Below, piece after piece: positions 17,419 to 26,502 of a stretch of 41,549 nt of DNA. This stretch comes from Thermoplasmatota archaeon (GTDB lineage Archaea; Thermoplasmatota; E2; UBA202; DSCA01). Below the pieces are notes generated by a model. It ran no database searches. It worked only from the letters and a program-made list of their open reading frames with translations, and had not been told where the DNA came from. A program made the translations under genes and the position numbers. The DNA lies in the NCBI GenBank assembly GCA_046498345.1, contig JAWOAW010000016.1, forward strand, positions 1 to 41,549. The letters are read 5' to 3'. How positions within the stretch are numbered: position 1 is the stretch's first letter; every line of letters starts with the position of its first letter.

Positions 17419-18129
17419 TCAGCCCCGCGGGATCTGGGAGCAGGCACGTTCGCCGGTTTCAATGTCGACTTTTTCTATGCTGACCGTTTCATCGGTGAGC
17501 TCGACGAGGTCGAAGGACTGCGATGCGCCGGTGCGCTCGCAGGAGACGGTTCCCGCCGTGGAGACCACCATGCCGTTCAGGTTCCAGATCCAGGGGACGT
17601 GCTTGTGGCCGCTGAGCACGAGCGGCACGCCGCAATCATCGAGAAGCCGGAGTACCTCGCCCGCGTCGACCAGGATGTTGCGCTCCCGGCCCGTATGGGG
17701 GACGGGCACCAGGTGATGGTGGAGAAAGACGATGGAGCGGTCGGTGAGCTGTTCCCCCAGCCATCGCAGCTGCTCCCGGCCGACGTGTCCCTCGTCGATG
17801 TCGGGTTCGCTGCTGTCGATGCCTATGAAGCGGTAGCCGTCGTGCTCCGCGGCGTAAAACCGGGGTCCGAAGTGTTCCTCAAACTTCTTGTATCCTTCGT
17901 GACGGCTGTCGTGGTTGCCGGGCACCATGAACCGGGGTGCCTCGATGCGCTCAAGCTGTTTTTTGACGCCTTCGTACTCGCGCTGCAGTCCGTAGTCGGT
18001 GAGGTCTCCGGTGATGACGACCACGTCTGGCGCGGCCTCGTTCACCATCTCGATGCATTTCTGGAAGCTGTCCTGGAGGTACATCCAGCTTTTGCTGTAG
18101 TGGATGTCTGACAGATGGGCGATGTGCAT
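17419..18129 (-). CDS. Metallophosphoesterase (Icc/CpdA-like)
   Basis: SDIH, TGDLT, PGNHD, HHH, SGHKH. Begins 2 nt after the acyl-CoA synthetase stop. Confidence 0.92.
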   Translation of the reverse strand: MHIAHLSDIHYSKSWMYLQDSFQKCIEMVNEAAPDVVVITGDLTDYGLQREYEGVKKQLERIEAPRFMVPGNHDSRHEGYKKFEEHFGPRFYAAEHDGYRFIGIDSSEPDIDEGHVGREQLRWLGEQLTDRSIVFLHHHLVPVPHTGRERNILVDAGEVLRLLDDCGVPLVLSGHKHVPWIWNLNGMVVSTAGTVSCERTGASQSFDLVELTDETVSIEKVDIETGERACSQIPRG

Positions 18130-18131
18130 GG

Positions 18132-19742
18132 TCAGCTCTGCAGGCGTTCTTCGGCGCTGTCCCGGAGCTTGTATTTCTGGATTTTGCCGCTGGCGGTCAT
18201 GGGGAACTCGTCGACGAAGAAGATGTATTTGGGCATCTTGTAGCGGGCGATGTTGTCCCGGCAGAACTGTTTGATGTCCTCCTCGTCCGCTGTTTCGCCT
18301 TCCCGCAGCTGGATGAACGCCGCGACTTCTTCGCCGTATTCCTTGTGGGGGACGCCGACGACGGCGACGTCCTTGACCTTGGGGTTGGTGTACAGGAACT
18401 CCTCTATCTCGCGGGGGTAGACGTTTTCGCCGCCCCGGATGATCATGTCGTCGACCCGGCCGATGATCTTTATGTAGCCGTCCTCGTCCATCTCCGCCAG
18501 GTCCTTGGTGTGCAGCCAGCCGTCCTCGATGGTTTCCTCGGTGGCATCGGGCATCTTGTAGTAGCCTTTCATGATGTTGTAGCCCCGGGCGATGAGCTCA
18601 CCGGGCGTGCCGGGTGGCAGCTCCTCGCCGGTTTCGGGGTCGATGACCATGACGTCCACCGGCGGATGGGCTTTGCCCACGGTTTCCACCCGTTTTTCGA
18701 TGGGGTCGTCGCGCTTGGTCTGCGTGATGACCGGCGACGCCTCGGTGAGACCGTAGCAGATGGTGACCTCTTCGACGTGCATGTCGTCCATGACCCGTTT
18801 CATGACCTCCATGGGGCAGGTGGCGCCGGCCATGATGCCGGTGCGGAGCGACGTGGTGTCGTAGTCATCGAAGTCGGGGTGGTCGAGCTCCCGGATGAAC
18901 ATGGTTGGGACGCCCTGGATGACGGTGCATCGCTCCCGGTCAACGGCCCGGAGCACCTGCCCGGCGTCGAACATGGGGATGGGAACCATGGTAGCGCCGT
19001 AGATGACGCAGTTGAGGGTGGACATCACGCAGCCGAAGCAGTGGAAAAACGGCACCGGGATGCACATCCGGTCGTCGCTGCTGAGCCCCAGATATCTGCC
19101 CACCCAGTATGCGTTGTTGACGATGTTGTAATGGGTGAGCATCACGCCCTTGGGGAAGCCCGTCGTGCCGGAGGTATACTGCATGTTGATCGTATCATGG
19201 CAATCGAGGCTGTCCTGTACTCCCCGGAGTTTTTCGTCGCTCACTTCTGCGCCCATGTCCATGATGTCGGGAAATGTGTGCATGCCTTCATGCCGTTCAT
19301 CGCCCAGGAAGACCACGTGCTCGAGATACGGGAGCTTGTTCGACTGCTCGCCGTCGCGCAGCTCCGGCATCACACGGTAGACGGTGTCCACGTAGTCGAC
19401 GTCCTTGAAGCCGTCGACCAGGAACAGCGCCTTTGCGTCGGATTGCTTGAGCAGGTATTCGAGCTCGTGGGCCTTGTAGTATATGTTGACTGTTACCAGC
19501 ACGGCGCCGATTTTCGCGGTGGCGAACTGGAGGATGACCCATTCGGGCACGTTGTAGCCCCATATGGCCACGTGGTCGCCGGGTTCGATGCCCAGCTTCA
19601 GCAGGCCCTTGGCCACGCGGTCGCAGGTGTCCTTGAATTCTTTGTAGGTGTAGCGGGGCCCGTCGGGATAGACGAGGGCGTCCTGCTCTGGATATGTTTC
19701 CGCTGCTTCGTCGAGCAGCTGCCCGATGGTTTTTTCTATCAT
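18132..19742 (-). CDS. AMP-forming acyl-CoA synthetase (long/medium-chain, YngI/ACSF2-like)
   Basis: QYTSGTTGFPKG, PFFHCFG, YGLTEASP, GWLHTKDL, IIRGGENVYPREIE, PMTASGKIQK. Confidence 0.95.
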   Translation of the reverse strand: MIEKTIGQLLDEAAETYPEQDALVYPDGPRYTYKEFKDTCDRVAKGLLKLGIEPGDHVAIWGYNVPEWVILQFATAKIGAVLVTVNIYYKAHELEYLLKQSDAKALFLVDGFKDVDYVDTVYRVMPELRDGEQSNKLPYLEHVVFLGDERHEGMHTFPDIMDMGAEVSDEKLRGVQDSLDCHDTINMQYTSGTTGFPKGVMLTHYNIVNNAYWVGRYLGLSSDDRMCIPVPFFHCFGCVMSTLNCVIYGATMVPIPMFDAGQVLRAVDRERCTVIQGVPTMFIRELDHPDFDDYDTTSLRTGIMAGATCPMEVMKRVMDDMHVEEVTICYGLTEASPVITQTKRDDPIEKRVETVGKAHPPVDVMVIDPETGEELPPGTPGELIARGYNIMKGYYKMPDATEETIEDGWLHTKDLAEMDEDGYIKIIGRVDDMIIRGGENVYPREIEEFLYTNPKVKDVAVVGVPHKEYGEEVAAFIQLREGETADEEDIKQFCRDNIARYKMPKYIFFVDEFPMTASGKIQKYKLRDSAEERLQS

Positions 19743-19804
19743 GACCGGTAATGCGGGCTGCTTTCATAAAATTTGTTGCGAGATATATCTTCGACTAACG
19801 GAGA

Positions 19805-19873
19805 TAAAAATGGAGGGGCTGGGAGATGGAGGTGGTAAAATCACGTGGCAACCGCCCCTCCGGTATTTGCCAC
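19805..19873 (-). ncRNA. Candidate ~65-70 nt pseudoknotted small RNA
   Basis: Minus strand: TATA TTTAAATA (19895-19902), P1 GUGGCAA/UUGCCAC, loop GGAGGGGC complementary to downstream GCCCCUCC, then AUUUUU. Confidence 0.45.
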
Positions 19874-19963
19874 TTGTCTGCAATCGAACGATTATATTTA
19901 AATTTTATTATCTGTGCATCATGCAGGCACGCATTTCCTTTTAAAAAAGTATTCGTTCCGTTT

Positions 19964-21490
19964 TTATGGCGACGAAGAAAAAAGCGGGGAGAGAAACGGG
20001 AGGTGCTCCGTGAGCCACTGCCATATCGCCGTCGACGGGGATGCCCGGGCACGCGGCATAGATATCTGCAATGGCTCCGACCAGTCGCTTTCCAGGCCCG
20101 TGCTGTCCCGGGCTTTCACCCGCACCACGTATGTGCCGTCGCTGTCCCATGTATGAGCGGTGTCCACCTCGTCTCCAGATGACGTGAAGGACGTCCATTC
20201 ATCGACGGTGTGGTCGCCGTCCCAGTCCCAGCCGTACTGTATCTCGTCGTCGTCGAGGTCGGCCGTTGACGTGGTATACGTATATGCTGTACCGGTTCTC
20301 CCGCGGCCGGGCCCGTCCGGCTGGGGAGGCGTCACCGGCGCGTACTGTGTCTTGTGCGCATGTTTGAGGGCCAGGTTGCTCCGGTCCATGTAGCTCATGT
20401 GCGGATATCCCTGGCTGTCCAGGGCGAGAGATGCGAAGGCGCCGACGTCTCCCTGGCTTTCCACGATTTCGGTGGTCCATGTATCGCCGTACCGGTAGGC
20501 GTAGCCGACATCCCAGTCGTCCCAGTGGAAATAGCCAAGGTGGACGACGTCGTTTCTGACGGCTATGGCGAGACCGCGCTCGTTCCAGAATCCGTGGATG
20601 TGGGGGTCCACCACCTCGATGGTCCACTCTCCGTTGCTCGGGGTGGCATATCGCAGGCGCCAGTTGGGCTCGTTGGAGATGTCAAAGTAGGCGATATGGG
20701 GAACGTCATCTTCCATGGTGATGGCCGTTGACTCGAACAGTTTTACCCCGCTGTCAACCTGGCGGGTCTCCCAGCCGCTGCCGGTGCGATATGCATACAT
20801 CAGGGTTGTTTCGTCAACCCCGTAGGTGCAGTGCGGCGTGCCCTGTCCGTCGAGGGCCAGCGAGGCGTATCTGCCCGCATCTCCGTCGGATGCAACGGTC
20901 TCGACGGTCCAGCTGCCCCCGGAATGGGTGGCATATTTCAGGTCGTCGTTGGCCGCGTCGTAGTAGACGATGTGCGGCGTGCCCTGTCCGTCGAGGGCCA
21001 GTGATGAATATCTGCCCACGGCGTCCCCGGCGTCCACGGTCTCCGTCGTCCATTGGCCGTTGTCCCGCACCGCGTACTTGAGGTTCTTATTTGTTTCGTC
21101 GTAGTAGCTGATGCCCGGCGTGACGCCGCCGTTTACGTCGATGGAGGTATAGGTGCCCACGGCGCCATCCGCGTCCACCATGTCCACGTTCCATTCACCG
21201 AGGTTTTTGATGGCGCATCGCAGGTTTTCGTTGAGGAAGTCGTGATAGGAAATGTATATGGCTCCGTCCGGCCCGACGGCGATGTCCGTGTGCTGCCCGG
21301 TTTTGCCGATGGAGTCAACCATCTCTATGGACCAGGTTTCCCCGTCGGCGGCTGCCGCTTCCGGTGGGCCCATCACGGCATGCGTCTGTCCCGGGGGGGT
21401 GCCGGCAGGTGACGCAACATCGATGCCGGAGACGCTCAGGATGGAGACCCCCACGATTACACAGGCCACGAAGATGGCTTTGCGATTCAT
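19964..21490 (-). CDS. Secreted protein with ~47-aa beta-propeller-like repeats and a C-terminal PKD-like domain
   Basis: Signal peptide, repeats of G.Y.SLALD..G.PHI.Y....LKYA....G.W..E.VD, and YGWDWDGD...HTW...G.Y.VRVKARD. Confidence 0.85.
   Translation of the reverse strand: MNRKAIFVACVIVGVSILSVSGIDVASPAGTPPGQTHAVMGPPEAAAADGETWSIEMVDSIGKTGQHTDIAVGPDGAIYISYHDFLNENLRCAIKNLGEWNVDMVDADGAVGTYTSIDVNGGVTPGISYYDETNKNLKYAVRDNGQWTTETVDAGDAVGRYSSLALDGQGTPHIVYYDAANDDLKYATHSGGSWTVETVASDGDAGRYASLALDGQGTPHCTYGVDETTLMYAYRTGSGWETRQVDSGVKLFESTAITMEDDVPHIAYFDISNEPNWRLRYATPSNGEWTIEVVDPHIHGFWNERGLAIAVRNDVVHLGYFHWDDWDVGYAYRYGDTWTTEIVESQGDVGAFASLALDSQGYPHMSYMDRSNLALKHAHKTQYAPVTPPQPDGPGRGRTGTAYTYTTSTADLDDDEIQYGWDWDGDHTVDEWTSFTSSGDEVDTAHTWDSDGTYVVRVKARDSTGLESDWSEPLQISMPRARASPSTAIWQWLTEHLPFLSPLFSSSP
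20831..21001. repeat. Exact 30-bp intragenic direct repeat with a 141-bp period
   Basis: GTGCGGCGTGCCCTGTCCGTCGAGGGCCAG at 20831-20860 and 20972-21001, encoding LALDGQGTPH. Confidence 0.9.
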
Positions 21491-21555
21491 AGTCTCACAA
21501 CCATTAACAATCGTTTATTTATATATGTATGGATTGCAGGCTCCGCTCCCACCCG

Positions 21556-21592
21556 GAAAGAAAAGAAAAAATGGGAAAAAGGGGAAAAGGGG
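21556..21592 (-). terminator. Archaeal oligo-T/pyrimidine terminator after the 1233-aa gene
   Basis: Minus strand is a long C/T run with several T4-T6 tracts just downstream of the stop at 21605. Confidence 0.55.
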
Positions 21593-21604
21593 TTGTTGCG
21601 GTCT

Positions 21605-24600
21605 TTAGGGCGCAATCGGCGTCGGCTCGGTCCACTCGGGGCTATACGGCACCAGCGTCGGGTCGCCGAAGATCATCTGGATGTTGGTTACAGTCAGCGA
21701 GGAGCTGCCGTACATCGCCGTCGGATCGTCGCTGGTGAAGTCCCGCTGGTGGAGCCAGACCTCATTGGAGAAGGCTTCACCGATGCTCTTGCCCTCGATC
21801 ATCATGCTTTCCATCATGTTGTCGTCGAGGAGGTCCGCCTGCGGACACAGGCCGGTACCGCCGTTGCCGTAGCACAGGACCGCGCCGTGCTCCAGGTAAA
21901 TGTTCGGTCCAGGATGCGACGCCGTGGTACATGACATCCACAGGTCTATCTCGCTGTGCAGGTTCTCGAAGTACTGGTCAACGTACTTGAAGTGGACGAT
22001 GTCGTACAGGTTGGGTTCAACCGCGTTGTACCAGGTGAATCCACCCCAGCGGGGCGTCTTCATGCGGGTGTCGTCGTACATGTAGCCGCGCCAGCCGTCC
22101 CACCATTCGAAGTCGTGAAGCTCCTCATGGCGAAGCTCCACGTAGGGGAACTGCTGGGATATGTTCTTCCACTGGAAGGATATACCGGAGCCGCCCGTGC
22201 CGTGACCGGAGTAGTACGATATCGATACACCCTCGTTGTACCGCTCGAGCATGTTGTCCCAGATGCAGTGGCCCTCATAGAAGCGGCCGTGCGAGCTGAA
22301 GCTCTGCTTCACCCGCTGCGAGGACCTGACCGAAGTAGACGTGCCGTCGTTGGTCGTCCAGCTTCGCCCGTCAGGGAAGTTCATCAATATCGAGGACGTC
22401 ACATTTCGGCCCGGGTTCGCGTAGATGATCGCCGGGTACAAAATACTCCGGCTTATCTGTGCTGCATCCATTGCCGCATTCCTGAGCATGAAATGGCCGG
22501 CAAAGGATTCATTGCCGCTCATAATCATGACCACCGGGTCGCGAATGACCTGCTCACGGTCCGCCACGAATATATAGGCCTCCTTGCCCTCGAGGTCAAG
22601 GCCGTACTCGGCGGTGATGTTACCGTGGATGGACTCCTGCGCTCCGTTAAACCAGCGCTTGTGCTGGTCGAAGCCGATCGGCGGCAGCGCCTGGTTCTGG
22701 AGCAGGCCCTTGAGCGCTTCCACCAGGTCGAACGGCTTGCTCATCTTGTGCAGATGACCCGCTGCCAGGCTGCCGTGGTAGTAGTCGCCCATCTCGAAGG
22801 TGGACACACGTGCCTTCTCGAGATAGTTGACCGCCTGTGGTGCTTCCATGCCGATGTCGAAGACCGGGCTGCCGTGGTAGGCGGCTATCATGGCCGACGG
22901 GGCGAAGAATCCTTCCTTAGCCGCGGTCGACGTAACCGTTATAACGTTCTCCGATGCACTGTAGCCCTTGATGGCGTCCACGACTTCCTGCATCGTCGTG
23001 TAGGTCGTGTCAGCGCCGACGTCGGCACCGCTTGCTTCGCCGATGTTGACGAAGATGATGTTGCTGACGCCGAGCGTGTCGAGCGCGTCCTGCGTTTCAG
23101 AGGGAACGCTGTCCGGGTTCACGTAGAGCAGCGGGGCGTGGTTGAGCGATGCAATGACTGCGCCGTTGGCGGCTGAGAGCTGCGCGTTGCATCGGTCCGG
23201 GTTATGTGTCCGTACCTCTGCGGTGACCTGGACGTTCACGGAGCCGCTCGCCTGGCCGGTTGGATGCTGCACCACGACGGCATGCCATTTGCCTTCGCTG
23301 GGGTTGTGGATTTCAACTGAACGAGTCGTTGCGGGCTCGGGTCGCCATTTGCGGAATTCATCGAAGTTGTGTTCCCAGTGACCGCCATTCCAGTGATGGA
23401 TCGGCTCGGGCTCGCCCACCCAGTGGGGCAGGTTCGGCCGTCGGAGGACGCCCTCGGGGTCTATCAGGTAGACCATCATCGTGGACGGGCTGTCGGTGGT
23501 GATGGTGACGTTGATGCTGGAGCTGGTGGAATCGATGGGAATGTCGAACCGCTCACCGGGATACTTGCTGATGGTGAGCTGGTCCATGCCCCCTGTGCCG
23601 GTGACATATGGCGCGTAGAAACCGGGCATTATCACGGGGTAGAACGTATCGGAGTCAGGGCCGGACCCGTCGTAGGGATGCGGCCACCAGTCCTCCTGCA
23701 CGTTCTCGTACCGCGGCGTGATGATGCCGGTGTCATACTGGAATCTGTCACCCGTGGCCTCCATGTAGATGCCGCCGACGTTTTTGCCCAGGAACATGGG
23801 AACGGCGCTCTTGCCGTCGACGTTCTTGAAGCGGGAATCATCCGGGGAAAGCCGCATTGAATCCGGCGTCGTGCTGATGGATACGCTGGTGTCAACGACC
23901 GTTTCCACGGTGTCATCCATTTCTCCGTTGCTGCCGTCGGGGACGACAACGGCGGTGTCAGCGGACTCCCACTTGTCCTTGGCTATCTGCGCCGCAGCCG
24001 TAACCGGGTCGCTGGGCACCGTGTATTCCTCGGCGGTCATACCGTGCCGGCCCAGATAGGCGTTCCAGTCGTCCAGCAGGTACTGCGTGGTATCATCCAC
24101 GGTACCATAATACCAGGTCTTGGTGTCGTCGCCCTGGTAGACGATGGGTGACACGTAGCGGTCGCCGCCGTCAAGATAGTTGGCTGCCGGGACAGCCGCC
24201 GCATAGGCGAACTCGTCCCTGTTGCTGCCGGGGTCGTTGTTGACAATGAACGTCTGCGCGATGGGGTTTACCTGGCGCTGCGGTATCGGTTCCGGTGGCT
24301 CGCTGACGGAGCCGCCAACCTGGAGCTCAAACGCGTAGGGACCGGAGCCGTACAGGAAGTAGTCATCCGGCCATTTTTCTTCGTCCCATCCAGGCCAGAT
24401 GTCGATCTCCATGGTCCAGGTGCCGGACATGTCAGCCGGGTACTCCAGGGTGTCGTCGCCGTAGTACATGGCCTCGTATACCATCTCGCCGTCCGGATTG
24501 TACAGATGGACGTCGAAGTCGGATTTCAGTCCTTCGACCGCAAGCTCTATCTTTATACCCTGGCCGCTGGATGCGTCAAAGCTGTACCAGTCGGACCAGT

Positions 24601-25306
24601 CGTCGCTGTCCAGGTAGCCCTCGTAGCTGCCCGGTGAGATGGACGCCGCACTGCTCATGCTGTTGCCGGCGTCGCCGCCGGTGCCCGCATCGTTCTGACC
24701 GGTCACCGATACATCGAGCTCGTAGCTGCCCGCACTGGCTCCATCCGGCGTATACGCCCGAATAAAGTAGTTGCCCGTTGTTTCCGCGGTGGCGCTGAAC
24801 GACGTTCCGGATGCAAGCGTGGTTTCGCCGGTGGCGTCGATGAGCTCCATCTCAAAGTTCGAGATGGACGCATCGATGGTCATTCCTGCCTGCACGGAGA
24901 GATAGTACCAGTCGGCGCTGTCACCGCTGGGGTCCATCTGTCCCTCGGTGCCCCTGCCGGGTGCCTTGTCCTTCGGCTCGCCCGGGTAGATGGGGAATGC
25001 ACCGTAAATGTTGTTACCCGCATCGGTATGCGTGTTCATGTCGTTCTCGTTTTCATCCGCTGACGCACTCTCCGCTTCGGGTACCTCACGGACGGATTGG
25101 TCAAGAATATACGGCTTGTCGTCTCCGGTGTCGTCGATGTCAAGGTTGATGGCGTCCGTCGGCTCTGTCGGTGATGACTGTGTAGCCTGTTCTTGGCCAG
25201 TCATGGGGGTGGCCGCGATAACCGATCCTATCATAAGTACCGCTACCAACACTCCTAATGCTGCTTTTGCCTTATGTTTCCTCATTTTATGGCCTCCATT
25301 TATCAT
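21605..25306 (-). CDS. Large secreted multidomain protein: PPC-like domains, cell-wall-binding-2-like segments and a C-terminal C25 (gingipain)-like domain
   Basis: Signal peptide, DWYYL/DWYSF...DFDVHLYNPDG (PPC), APLLYV.PDSVP...LG, and YYSGHG...WMSC...IFGDP (clan CD His/Cys pattern). Start 25306 or 25285. Confidence 0.75.
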   Translation of the reverse strand: MINGGHKMRKHKAKAALGVLVAVLMIGSVIAATPMTGQEQATQSSPTEPTDAINLDIDDTGDDKPYILDQSVREVPEAESASADENENDMNTHTDAGNNIYGAFPIYPGEPKDKAPGRGTEGQMDPSGDSADWYYLSVQAGMTIDASISNFEMELIDATGETTLASGTSFSATAETTGNYFIRAYTPDGASAGSYELDVSVTGQNDAGTGGDAGNSMSSAASISPGSYEGYLDSDDWSDWYSFDASSGQGIKIELAVEGLKSDFDVHLYNPDGEMVYEAMYYGDDTLEYPADMSGTWTMEIDIWPGWDEEKWPDDYFLYGSGPYAFELQVGGSVSEPPEPIPQRQVNPIAQTFIVNNDPGSNRDEFAYAAAVPAANYLDGGDRYVSPIVYQGDDTKTWYYGTVDDTTQYLLDDWNAYLGRHGMTAEEYTVPSDPVTAAAQIAKDKWESADTAVVVPDGSNGEMDDTVETVVDTSVSISTTPDSMRLSPDDSRFKNVDGKSAVPMFLGKNVGGIYMEATGDRFQYDTGIITPRYENVQEDWWPHPYDGSGPDSDTFYPVIMPGFYAPYVTGTGGMDQLTISKYPGERFDIPIDSTSSSINVTITTDSPSTMMVYLIDPEGVLRRPNLPHWVGEPEPIHHWNGGHWEHNFDEFRKWRPEPATTRSVEIHNPSEGKWHAVVVQHPTGQASGSVNVQVTAEVRTHNPDRCNAQLSAANGAVIASLNHAPLLYVNPDSVPSETQDALDTLGVSNIIFVNIGEASGADVGADTTYTTMQEVVDAIKGYSASENVITVTSTAAKEGFFAPSAMIAAYHGSPVFDIGMEAPQAVNYLEKARVSTFEMGDYYHGSLAAGHLHKMSKPFDLVEALKGLLQNQALPPIGFDQHKRWFNGAQESIHGNITAEYGLDLEGKEAYIFVADREQVIRDPVVMIMSGNESFAGHFMLRNAAMDAAQISRSILYPAIIYANPGRNVTSSILMNFPDGRSWTTNDGTSTSVRSSQRVKQSFSSHGRFYEGHCIWDNMLERYNEGVSISYYSGHGTGGSGISFQWKNISQQFPYVELRHEELHDFEWWDGWRGYMYDDTRMKTPRWGGFTWYNAVEPNLYDIVHFKYVDQYFENLHSEIDLWMSCTTASHPGPNIYLEHGAVLCYGNGGTGLCPQADLLDDNMMESMMIEGKSIGEAFSNEVWLHQRDFTSDDPTAMYGSSSLTVTNIQMIFGDPTLVPYSPEWTEPTPIAP

Positions 25307-25437
25307 ATGTTATGGCAATATTTAAAATTAACTGAGCAAAGCGGCCTGTTTTTATCCCGTTGCACGCTGTCCCGCAGCGGGTGAATGCCACCCCCGGCGA
25401 GAGATACTTTTAAGTAACGTTTTTCCATACGTCTCCC

Positions 25438-26502
25438 ATGCACCAGAAACTGTTTACCCCCGGCCCCACGGAGGTCCGGGAAGAAACACTTCAGGCAATG
25501 TCCACGCCCCAGATACACCACCGCTCGAAGGAATTCGGGGAGCTCTACGCGTCCATCCAGACCAAGCTGCAGCAGCTGCTGTACACCGACAACCCCGTGC
25601 TGCTGCTGACCTCCTCCTCCACGGGGGCCATGGAATCCGCCGTGATCAACGGCGTAGAAAAGAAATGCCTGAACCTGGTGAACGGCGCCTTCTCAAACCG
25701 GTGGCATCAGATCACCAAGAAAAACGACATTCCCTGCGACGCCTTCACGCTGGACTGGGGCACCGCCATCAAGCCAGACATGGTCGAGGAGCAGCTCGAC
25801 ACCGGCGAATACGACGCCGTCACCCTGGTCTACAACGAAACCTCAACCGGCATGATGAACCCGCTGGAGGAGATCGCCGAGGTCGTCAAAAACTATCCCG
25901 ACGTGCTGCTGCTCGTCGACGCCGTATCCGCCATGAGCGGGGCAAAGATAGCGGTCGACCAGCTGGGCATCGACATGGTGGTCGCCGGCGTCCAAAAATG
26001 CTTCGCCCTGCCATCGGGCATCGCCGTGGCGGCGGTCAGCGACGACATGATCCAGCGCGCCGAAAAGCTCGACCGGGGCTACTATTTCAACATCCCGCTG
26101 ATGTACAAGTACCACAAGCGCAACCAGACCCGGGTGACCCCGGCCATCTCGCAGATGTTCGCCCTCGACGTCCAGCTGGACGACATCGTCAACGGCGAGG
26201 GCATCGAACAGCGCTTCCAGCGGCACCAGCGCATGGCGGACATCACCCAGCGGTGGGCCCAGAAATATTTCGACATCTACCCTGAAAAGGGATACTGGTC
26301 GACGACGCTCACCTGCATAGAGAACACCCGGGATATCTCCGTCGCGTCGCTGTCCGAGGAGCTCGCCAAACATCACATCCGCATATCCAACGGCTACGGC
26401 GACCTCAAGGAAAAAACGTTCCGTATCGGCCACATGGGCGACTGGCAGGTGCAGGACATCTACGGGCTGCTCGAGCTCATCGAACACATTCTCGACCTGT
26501 AG
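25438..26502 (+). CDS. Class V PLP aminotransferase (serine-pyruvate/alanine-glyoxylate, possibly archaeal phosphoserine aminotransferase)
   Basis: LFTPGPT, SSTGAME, NETSTG, VDAVS, GVQKCFALPSG (PLP lysine), FRIGHMG. Confidence 0.93.
   Translation: MHQKLFTPGPTEVREETLQAMSTPQIHHRSKEFGELYASIQTKLQQLLYTDNPVLLLTSSSTGAMESAVINGVEKKCLNLVNGAFSNRWHQITKKNDIPCDAFTLDWGTAIKPDMVEEQLDTGEYDAVTLVYNETSTGMMNPLEEIAEVVKNYPDVLLLVDAVSAMSGAKIAVDQLGIDMVVAGVQKCFALPSGIAVAAVSDDMIQRAEKLDRGYYFNIPLMYKYHKRNQTRVTPAISQMFALDVQLDDIVNGEGIEQRFQRHQRMADITQRWAQKYFDIYPEKGYWSTTLTCIENTRDISVASLSEELAKHHIRISNGYGDLKEKTFRIGHMGDWQVQDIYGLLELIEHILDL

Noticed and set aside
18345-19751. Long antisense or alternate-frame ORFs (this one and e.g. 3048-4244, 16346-17716, 21956-23176, 35501-36724, 39023-40249)
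   Set aside because: Shadow ORFs expected in GC-rich DNA. Each overlaps a well-supported gene and has no recognisable motifs.
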